The notes under the pieces: model-generated
Database searches by the model: none
Told to the model about the DNA's origin: nothing
What the model saw: only the letters and a program-made list of their open reading frames with translations
IMG/VR virus record: IMGVR_UViG_3300042898_004347
Span: 64,001-128,000 of that record
DNA length: 64,000 bases
Source: a virus
Direction: 5' to 3' (one strand)
Made by a program: the position numbers and the translations under genes
In this document: positions 1 through 5,906 of the stretch, piece by piece
Layout: each line of letters starts with the position of its first letter
Numbering within the stretch: position 1 is the stretch's first letter

Positions 1-222
1 AGATGGTCTCGCTTTTATGACGAGTGTAACACTTAGCGAGAATCCGTGTTATCTACTCGATCACAGTTTTTAGGCTGCGAGTGGCATTTCTTCGGCGAAA
101 CCGAAGAAGTTGCTGAGGGCTTTATTAATGCCGTTTAACTTTTTACCAGTTTTTAAAAGGTGTCCGGAGAACCTTGCTTGCTTACTATAAGTCTATTACT
201 GAGTCGAATCCAGTACAGGCCC
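1..222 (-). ncRNA. ssrA: tmRNA (5' part; 3' end lies outside the window)
   Basis: Minus strand begins GGGCCTGTACTGGATTCGAC, the typical tmRNA 5' TLD. Tag ORF 132->70 reads GINKALSNFFGFAEEMPLAA-stop and follows an A-rich ...AAGTTAAAC resume context. Confidence 0.93.
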
Positions 223-317
223 ATAAATTTAAAAGAACGAAATTCAATTGTTTAATCCGTCCACGTTCACCGCGTAGCCCAAATCCCTTTTTGAAAAAGG
301 ATACAGTTAAACAAAAT

Positions 318-391
318 TGGATGCTGGGGATGGAATTGAACCATCAGCTCCGCGTTATGAGCGCGACGAGTTACCGTTACTCTACCCGGCA
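318..391 (-). tRNA. tRNA-Met(CAT), probably initiator type
   Basis: Cloverleaf, anticodon loop CTCATAA, GTTCAAT T-loop, encoded CCA. Confidence 0.85.
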
Positions 392-400
392 ATAAAATGA

Positions 401-805
401 ATTTGGGAGGGTTAATGATTACCTCCATCTAACAATTGTGTTTTCAGTTATTCAGTCATATGGTGCCGTCGCACCTTAATAGTCCGCTTGTCATTGTATT
501 TCAGGCTTACAAGACTATACCTCTGGTTGCTTAGGTTGGCCGACCCAAGTTTTCAGCGTAGTACCTTACTTACTTACACATTGTAGAACTGAGTGATGTT
601 CTTCACACCACCCATGCGTTAGCCCCATTAGAAAGGCTTTCTTCCGCCACAAAAATTTCTCTCATGTTACGGCAACGTCAGCATACAGTCCCGACCAGTG
701 CCTATTCCACTATTATCGAGATTTTACAACTGTTGCAGACCGTGGTGACAATAGGTTCGTGAAACCAGTTGCCGCATGAGAGTCCAAGGTGATCAAACCT
801 TGGAA
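401..805 (-). ncRNA. Large structured ncRNA, GOLLD-like candidate
   Basis: About 400 nt without an ORF. Nested inverted repeats: CTCTCATG..CGGCAAC 659-676 with 768-782, CCAAGGT/ACCTTGG 784-803, GGTGC/GCACC 462-475. Has its own promoter and boxA-like element and sits next to tRNAs. Confidence 0.65.
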
Positions 806-838
806 AGTATTTAAAAGAACGAAATTGACTATGGTACA

Positions 839-867
839 ATCATACACATGTCACATCAAAAGTAAAC
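839..867 (-). promoter_or_regulatory. T4-type early promoter GTTTAC-N17-TATGAT
   Basis: Minus strand GTTTAC (867-862) and TATGAT (844-839). Confidence 0.7.
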
Positions 868-879
868 AACAAAATGTGA

Positions 880-1503
880 TTATGGCATATATGTTTTACA
901 TTCATCTAATGATAAAATTATCTTTAAATTGGGCATAAGTTTTTTAATAACATCTAATTTTGTTTTTTGAACATTCGCCGCGTGCGGATTTTTAGGATCG
1001 AGATATATGTCATGATCCGGCAGATAAAAATCAGGAAAATAATTATGAGTTCTACCATCAATCATTACATATGAAATAGGAACTTTGGGACGAATCCAAT
1101 TGATTCCTATTTCATCCAACCGCATTGCTAGAATTTCTTCCCAGGATGAATCTAAAGTGACAATAGTTCCATCTTTCTTTGTATATTTTCTTATAGATCT
1201 AACTAAACGTCTATGTTTTGATGCTAGTGCTTTTTGACTCATTAATGCCTTACTTTCAGGGCTATGAGTTTTTCCTAAATTTGGACTTGAATAATCGACA
1301 TTATCATATTTCCCATCAGCATGAGCTTTTTTAATTCCAGCAATACGCTTTGCTTTAGCTTCAGGAGTGCACATTTGAGTGCAGTTGTTACTCATTTGAT
1401 ACGAAGATCGTTTTGGGTTTTCTTTACACCACCTACTATGATTTGCTTTATTAGCAGTTGATAGACCTTCAAAATCCTTTTTACAGTATTTACATTTAAA
1501 CAT
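880..1503 (-). CDS. Free-standing homing endonuclease (Zn-finger + NUMOD3 + PD-(D/E)XK/TnsA-like domain)
   Basis: CKYC..H..C N-terminus, GKTHSPESKALMS NUMOD3-like motif, DSSWE...YFPDFYLP...YLDPKN catalytic motif; AT-rich. Confidence 0.8.
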   Translation of the reverse strand: MFKCKYCKKDFEGLSTANKANHSRWCKENPKRSSYQMSNNCTQMCTPEAKAKRIAGIKKAHADGKYDNVDYSSPNLGKTHSPESKALMSQKALASKHRRLVRSIRKYTKKDGTIVTLDSSWEEILAMRLDEIGINWIRPKVPISYVMIDGRTHNYFPDFYLPDHDIYLDPKNPHAANVQKTKLDVIKKLMPNLKIILSLDECKTYMP

Positions 1504-1516
1504 ATTTTATAGAATT

Positions 1517-1591
1517 TGGTGCGTCTACCAAGACTCGAACTTGGAACAGGAGCTTAGAAGACTCTTATGATAGCCGTTTCACCATAGACGC
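1517..1591 (-). tRNA. tRNA-Arg(TCT)
   Basis: Cloverleaf, loop CTTCTAA, CCA end. Confidence 0.88.
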
Positions 1592-1600
1592 TTATATGTT

Positions 1601-1608
1601 TATTTATA
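1601..1608 (-). promoter_or_regulatory. T4 late promoter TATAAATA
   Basis: Exact gp55 consensus upstream of tRNA-Arg and the endonuclease. Confidence 0.7.
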
Positions 1609-1613
1609 ACAAT

Positions 1614-1648
1614 GAAGATTTCTGTCCTATCCGTTGAACGATCGAGGC
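1614..1648 (-). pseudogene. 5' half of a tRNA-Arg, truncated in the anticodon loop
   Basis: GCCTCGATCGTTCAACGGATAGGACAGAAATCTTC: acceptor 5' strand, D-arm and anticodon stem ending CT-TC, then unrelated sequence. Confidence 0.8.
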
Positions 1649-1652
1649 AGAA

Positions 1653-1727
1653 TGGAGCGGAAAAAGAGACTCGAACTCTCAACATCTTCGTTGGCAACGA
1701 AGTGCTCTACCATTGAGCTATTTCCGC
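1653..1727 (-). tRNA. tRNA-Gly(GCC)
   Basis: GCGGAAA acceptor, loop TTGCCAA, TCCA end. Confidence 0.93.
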
Positions 1728-1748
1728 GTGGAGTATAAATACATTCCT

Positions 1749-2168
1749 ATGTACCAATATTCTTGCAAAATTAATAAAGTGATTGACGGCGATACTGTTG
1801 AGATCGACCTCGACCTCGGATTCAATATCGTTCTTGCTGGCCAACGAGTCAGAATGGTTGGAGTAGACACTCCTGAGTCCCGTACTGCTGATAAAGAAGA
1901 AAAGGCTCGAGGCCTCTTATCAAAGAAGAAACTTGCTGAAAAACTTCCAGCGGGTTCCTATCAAAAGATCAATACTCAGAAACCCGGAGCAAATGACGAT
2001 AAGTTTGGCCGTATTCTCGGTATCTTCATCCTGGAAGATGGAACAAATGTTAACGAGTGGCTCATCGAGAACAATTACGCGGTAAAATATCTTGGCGAGA
2101 ATAAAGAACTCGTCCAAGAAGCCCATGCAGCAAATAAGAAAATTCTTATTCGCCGTGGCGAACTTTAA
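1749..2168 (+). CDS. Thermonuclease (SNase-like) family nuclease
   Basis: VIDGDT, VRMVGVDTPE, DKFGRIL motifs. True start is probably MYQY at 1749, after TATAAATA at 1734-1741. Confidence 0.9.
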   Translation: MYQYSCKINKVIDGDTVEIDLDLGFNIVLAGQRVRMVGVDTPESRTADKEEKARGLLSKKKLAEKLPAGSYQKINTQKPGANDDKFGRILGIFILEDGTNVNEWLIENNYAVKYLGENKELVQEAHAANKKILIRRGEL

Positions 2169-2171
2169 GCC

Positions 2172-2420
2172 TTAGTAGCCCACAGATACCATGCGGCAAG
2201 ATGTCGCAGCGGTAATTGTAGAAAGGGGTGACTTTTCGAGATAGAGAACTTCACCCGGAGCAATCGTCACTGTGGTCGTGGCGGCGTCTGCAGTCGTAAC
2301 CGTAAGAAGTACCGCTGTGCCGTTGTTATTATAAACGCGTACGAGTGAGGCGGATCCGATAGTTGATGCTGTTGAAACTGCAGCGTCTGTTCCCTGAAGA
2401 TTGAGAATTGTTGAAATCAT
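2172..2420 (-). CDS. Small late protein (possibly virion)
   Basis: Thr/Ala-rich beta-type ORF; TATAAATA at 2446-2453. Confidence 0.7.
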   Translation of the reverse strand: MISTILNLQGTDAAVSTASTIGSASLVRVYNNNGTAVLLTVTTADAATTTVTIAPGEVLYLEKSPLSTITAATSCRMVSVGY

Positions 2421-2457
2421 TGAATTTTAGGATTAAGGTGTAATCTATTTATATGAA

Positions 2458-2535
2458 TGGTACCCACGGTGGGAGTCGAACCCACAGTTGAACACATTTT
2501 AAGTGTGTTGTGTCTACCAATTCCACCACGAGGGC
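2458..2535 (-). tRNA. tRNA-Leu(TAA), short variable region
   Basis: GTGGAATTGGTAGACAC Leu-type D-arm, loop CTTAAAA. Confidence 0.88.
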
Positions 2536-2545
2536 ATAACATAAA

Positions 2546-2620
2546 TGGTACCACTACGGGGAATCGAACCCCGATTACTTGGATGAAAACCAAGTGTCCT
2601 AACCGTTAGACGATAGCGGC
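2546..2620 (-). tRNA. tRNA-Glu(TTC)
   Basis: Cloverleaf, loop TTTTCAT, CCA. Confidence 0.92.
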
Positions 2621-2625
2621 AAAAT

Positions 2626-2699
2626 TGGCTCCCCGACCAGGTTTCGAACCTAGACTAGATGAGTCAAAGTCATCTGTGCTACCATTACACAATCAGGGA
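2626..2699 (-). tRNA. tRNA-Gln(TTG)
   Basis: Cloverleaf, loop CTTTGAC, GCCA. Confidence 0.92.
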
Positions 2700-2702
2700 A
2701 AA

Positions 2703-2779
2703 TGGTGGACCCGGTGGGATTTTAACCCACGATCTAGGGATTATGAGTCCCTTGCTTTAGGACACTAAGCTACAAGTCC
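2703..2779 (-). tRNA. tRNA-CAT, probably Ile2 (lysidine type)
   Basis: Loop CTCATAA; body resembles ileX-type tRNAs; atypical T-loop TTAAAAT. Confidence 0.75.
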
Positions 2780-2785
2780 TTAAAA

Positions 2786-2860
2786 TGGCTGGCAAAGTAG
2801 GACTCGAACCTACAACCCTCGCATTAACAGTGCGATGCTCTGCCATTGAGCTATATGCCA
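2786..2860 (-). tRNA. tRNA-Asn(GTT)
   Basis: Loop CTGTTAA, GCCA. Confidence 0.92.
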
Positions 2861-2864
2861 AAAA

Positions 2865-3095
2865 TTATCCGTCGTTGCCAATGGCACTTACGGGACAGCC
2901 CTCGAGGGCTTCCATACACATGTCAATGCCTGCTTGTGTTGTGGGTTGAGTATGTACATATGAAAAGCCGCCATCTTCTTCACGAGTAAAGAAGTCTGGA
3001 GCAGTTTCACGGCAAAGGTCGCAGTCGATACACTGAGTGTCGACATAAAACTTCCCTGCTGCGTTCTGTGAATATCTATCCGTATTGTTTGCCAT
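2865..3095 (-). CDS. Monocluster ferredoxin
   Basis: CIDCDLC...CP motif. Start MANN at 3095, because the upstream in-frame part overlaps tRNA-Pro. Confidence 0.92.
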   Translation of the reverse strand: MANNTDRYSQNAAGKFYVDTQCIDCDLCRETAPDFFTREEDGGFSYVHTQPTTQAGIDMCMEALEGCPVSAIGNDG

Positions 3096-3117
3096 AATGT
3101 ATTTACGATTTGATAAT

Positions 3118-3194
3118 TGGTCGGGGCGATAGGATTCGAACCTACGACCTTCTGGTCCCAAACCAGACGCTCTACCAAGCTGAGCTACACCCCG
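3118..3194 (-). tRNA. tRNA-Pro(TGG)
   Basis: CGGGGTG acceptor, loop TTTGGGA. Confidence 0.94.
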
Positions 3195-3199
3195 AGAAA

Positions 3200-3319
3200 T
3201 TACTTCTTCAGTTTAGACTGAACGACTTCAACTGCAGCATCAACCTTTGCTTTGTTTTTGCGAGCAACAAGAAGACCAGCAACGAAACCGACAATGAGTG
3301 CGAGGAGTAATGAGAACAT
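3200..3319 (-). CDS. 39-aa single-TM late protein (MFSLLLALIVGFVAGLLVARKNK...)
   Basis: Hand translation; hydrophobic N-terminus and basic tail; TATAAATA at 3353-3360. Confidence 0.7.
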   Translation of the reverse strand: MFSLLLALIVGFVAGLLVARKNKAKVDAAVEVVQSKLKK

Positions 3320-3367
3320 ATGTTTATTGAGTTGAGGTTAACCGTACATATCTATTTATATGTAAAA

Positions 3368-3445
3368 TGGCGGGATGGACGGGACTCGAACCCGCGACCT
3401 TCTGCGTGACAGGCAGACGCTCTAAACCAGCTGAGCTACCACCCC
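3368..3445 (-). tRNA. tRNA-Asp(GTC)
   Basis: Loop CTGTCAC, GCCA. Confidence 0.94.
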
Positions 3446-3529
3446 TAAAGTTTCACACAGCCATTATTGCCATTGATGTAAATCAAGAGGACTACTGTGT
3501 ATGTTAAATTATTTGAATAGATGTAGCTT

Positions 3530-3902
3530 TGCTTTATATGACCACACTTCAGCGAGTTTCTTATTTACGCATAAGCTCCAACACGTTTAATGTTTCCCAA
3601 TAAACGTACTGTTATGAACTCAGAGGCTTTTCGTTACTTCCATGTTTTTCCGCTGACGGTTAGACCCCGTGCTCGTACCGAAGATGGAAACAATCTTCTA
3701 CATTCCGAGCTGCTATTCAAAATTGGATCCTTCTGCCATACAAGTCTTCCAGAACATTTCCAGAAGATGAATGCACTTGTATGCGTTACACTCTTAAACC
3801 CCCTAAAGGAACGCAACCTTTTAAATATGTGATTGCCCAGTTTCTTAGCAACATGGAGCTTTACCTTAGCGCCGGCGAATGTAACGGTCTGCATAAACAC
3901 AG
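3530..3902 (-). ncRNA. Large structured ncRNA of unknown class
   Basis: Terminal 5'/3' helix plus multiple internal helices (see findings); lies between tRNA-Trp and tRNA-Asp. Confidence 0.55.
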
Positions 3903-3909
3903 AAGAAAT

Positions 3910-3984
3910 TGGCACGGATGGAGGGAATCGCACCCTCATAAGGCAGTTTTGGAGACTGCTGCACTACTAATGTACCACATCCGT
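3910..3984 (-). tRNA. tRNA-Trp(CCA)
   Basis: Loop CTCCAAA; atypical D and T loops. Confidence 0.85.
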
Positions 3985-4066
3985 AAAAATTAAAGCAGCG
4001 GTAACCTAATCCGCGGATGGACGAACCGATTCCAGGGTTCAAACATGACCCATACTTTAAAATAAA

Positions 4067-4144
4067 TGGGGCGATCAACGGGGCTTGAACCCGTAACCCC
4101 GAAAATCACAATCTCGTGCTCTGGCCAATTGAGCTATGATCGCC
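4067..4144 (-). tRNA. tRNA-His(GTG)
   Basis: Loop TTGTGAT, G-1:C73 pair, CCCA end. Confidence 0.9.
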
Positions 4145-4149
4145 GTAAA

Positions 4150-4226
4150 TGGAGCGCCAGACAGGGATCGAACCTGCATGTGACTGTTTTGCAAACAGAA
4201 GTTTAGCCTTTCAACAACACTGGCGC
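4150..4226 (-). tRNA. tRNA-Cys(GCA)
   Basis: Loop TTGCAAA, U73 discriminator. Confidence 0.85.
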
Positions 4227-4232
4227 TTAAAA

Positions 4233-4308
4233 TGGTAGTAGCGGTGGGAATTGAACCCACATAAAAGAGCTTATGAAACTCTTGCCTTGACCAATCGACC
4301 TCGCTACT
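4233..4308 (-). tRNA. tRNA-Met(CAT), probably elongator
   Basis: Loop TTCATAA, CCA. Confidence 0.82.
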
Positions 4309-4431
4309 GTAAATTAATTATTCGGTCGGAACTTCAATCGAAGGTCTTATCGACCCGCGCGGCTCACTAAGCCGTCCTTCACGTCGTTAAGTGGTACGAC
4401 AACACGGACTTCTACCGTTAACCGAATAAAA

Positions 4432-4507
4432 TGGTGGGAGCTTCTGGTATCGATCCAGATTCTTGCCGTCTTCAGCGGCACGTGAGCACCTGCTTCACCA
4501 AACTCCC
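4432..4507 (-). tRNA. tRNA-Phe(GAA)
   Basis: Loop CTGAAGA, CCA. Confidence 0.85.
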
Positions 4508-4512
4508 TAAAG

Positions 4513-4588
4513 TGGTAGACCCGGAAGGATTCGAACCTTCAATACAACGTTCGTAGCGTTGCGTGATAATCCGTTTCACTACGGGTCT
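4513..4588 (-). tRNA. tRNA-Arg(ACG)
   Basis: Loop CTACGAA, CCA. Confidence 0.92.
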
Positions 4589-4695
4589 ATAAAAATGAGT
4601 AGTACCGATTGTTCCGAGCACGGTTACCTGTTGTTCAACATACTGAATGATAACACCGACTCCTGTTTTACGAACAACTGGATTTCTACTCAAAA

Positions 4696-4781
4696 TGGTG
4701 GGCACGCTTGGACTCGAACCAAGGGTTATCCGAAGAGGGGACATTTACAGTGTCCTGCAATAGCCGCTATGCGACGCGCCC
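4696..4781 (-). tRNA. tRNA-Tyr(GTA)
   Basis: Loop CTGTAAA, long variable arm. Confidence 0.92.
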
Positions 4782-4837
4782 GAAAAATTGTCATTTGAGT
4801 CAACCTCAATTTCGCCAATGACGTGGCGTTTGCAAAA

Positions 4838-4912
4838 TGGAGCGGTATCCGGGTAACGATCCCAGAACTCAAGTTTGGAAAACTCGCGTGTATCCATTAA
4901 CACCTATACCGC
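4838..4912 (-). tRNA. tRNA-Gly(TCC)
   Basis: Loop TTTCCAA, TCCA. Confidence 0.88.
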
Positions 4913-4917
4913 AAAAC

Positions 4918-4991
4918 TGGTGCCTTCGACAAGAATCGAACTTGTGACTAGCGCTTATCAAGCGCTGGTTATACCGTTTAACTACAAAGGC
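4918..4991 (-). tRNA. tRNA-Ile(GAT)
   Basis: Loop TTGATAA; 5' end overlaps the stop codon of the upstream endonuclease. Confidence 0.9.
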
Positions 4992-5583
4992 TTTTAATAT
5001 ATTCCACATTTATATCTTTATTTAAAAGAATGATTATTTTTACAGAATTCTGTTTTGCTGCTAATTGTATTTTTTCTGCATCCAAAATGGCTTTATAATC
5101 GTTTTTAGGATCTAAATATAAATCATATTCTGTTAGATAGAAATCAGCAAAATATCTTTTATTGTTGTATTTTAATGATTTCGGTCGAATCCATTTTATA
5201 TTCAATTCATTTAATAATGAACTACATCTTAATTCATATGTACTCTGTAGTGTAACTTCATTACCATATGAATCATTTACTTTAAATTTTTTACTTCTTC
5301 CAGCCAAAGGTTGGTAACCACCTAAACCTCGATCTTTTGCTATTTTTGATAATAGTGATTTAGTTTCTTGAGTATGCGCAGTTCCTGTACCGGGACCAGT
5401 TTTTGGTCTAAAACATCTAACATCGGACAATACAGTTTTACCTTTATTCCATGCAACCCTCTCTACTTTAGGTTTAATGACTTTAGGTTTATCGTGCCAC
5501 TTTAAATGACGATTGAATGCGAAAAGCGATACGGCATTTCCACATTTAGGACAAATAGATGTTGTTGTTTTACCTTTGGGCAT
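4978..5583 (-). CDS. Free-standing homing endonuclease (Zn-finger + NUMOD3 + PD-(D/E)XK), paralog of 880-1503
   Basis: CPKC..H..H, AWNKG, HTQETK, QSTYE...YFADFYL...YLDPKN. Start MPKG at 5583 after TATAAATA at 5589-5596; AT-rich. Confidence 0.8.
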   Translation of the reverse strand: MPKGKTTTSICPKCGNAVSLFAFNRHLKWHDKPKVIKPKVERVAWNKGKTVLSDVRCFRPKTGPGTGTAHTQETKSLLSKIAKDRGLGGYQPLAGRSKKFKVNDSYGNEVTLQSTYELRCSSLLNELNIKWIRPKSLKYNNKRYFADFYLTEYDLYLDPKNDYKAILDAEKIQLAAKQNSVKIIILLNKDINVEYIKSLCS

Positions 5584-5601
5584 TAATCTATTTATAGAGG
5601 T

Positions 5602-5634
5602 AGACGATGCTCTAACCAACTGAGCTACTAGACC
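5602..5634 (-). pseudogene. 5' half tRNA (Ile-like), truncated at the anticodon loop
   Basis: GGTCTAGTAGCTCAGTTGGTTAGAGCATCGTCT followed directly by the late promoter; no complementary 3' acceptor strand downstream. Confidence 0.8.
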
Positions 5635-5639
5635 GAAAA

Positions 5640-5729
5640 TGGCGGAAATAGAAGGATTCGAACCTTCGGGGCTTTTGAGGACCCGAGACTTTAGCAAAGT
5701 CTTGCCTTAAACCACTCGGCCATATTTCC
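5640..5729 (-). tRNA. tRNA-Ser(GCT)
   Basis: Loop TTGCTAA, long variable arm. Confidence 0.93.
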
Positions 5730-5734
5730 TAAAT

Positions 5735-5824
5735 TGGAGGAAGGGGTGGGATTCGAACCCACGGTCGTTTTTAGGCGACTCAAGTTTTCAAGACTAGCGC
5801 CTTAAACCACTCAGCCACCCTTCC
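5735..5824 (-). tRNA. tRNA-Ser(TGA)
   Basis: Loop CTTGAAA, long variable arm. Confidence 0.93.
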
Positions 5825-5830
5825 TTAAAA

Positions 5831-5906
5831 TGGAGCCCTCGGACGGGATCGAACCGACGACAACCAGTTTACAAAACTGGTGCTCTACCAACTGAGCTAC
5901 AAGGGC
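5831..5906 (-). tRNA. tRNA-Thr(TGT)
   Basis: Loop TTTGTAA, TCCA. Confidence 0.93.

Noticed and set aside
1517-1591. Amber suppressor (CTA) reading of the loop CTTCTAA, implying stop-codon recoding
   Set aside because: The 7-nt loop register gives TCT (Arg), and core genes are full length under the standard code.
3530-3902. RNase P RNA or group I intron identity
   Set aside because: AAGGTAAAGCTCC/GGAGCTTAT only loosely resembles P4, other conserved regions are not evident, and there is no interrupted gene. Left unclassified.
4788-4832. Pistol ribozyme or preQ1 riboswitch
   Set aside because: P1 and the pseudoknot are superficially similar, but the conserved GCG/GU cleavage elements and a downstream ORF are absent.
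4918-5634. Self-splicing intron within a tRNA
   Set aside because: No intron core flanks the ORF, and no 3' half complementary to the orphan 5' acceptor strand exists.
2865-5697. ORF-track ORFs overlapping tRNAs (e.g. 2888-3178, 3110-3310, 4075-4260, 4472-4744, 4559-4798, and N-terminal extensions of 2865 and 4978)
   Set aside because: They are artefacts of reading through tRNA genes.
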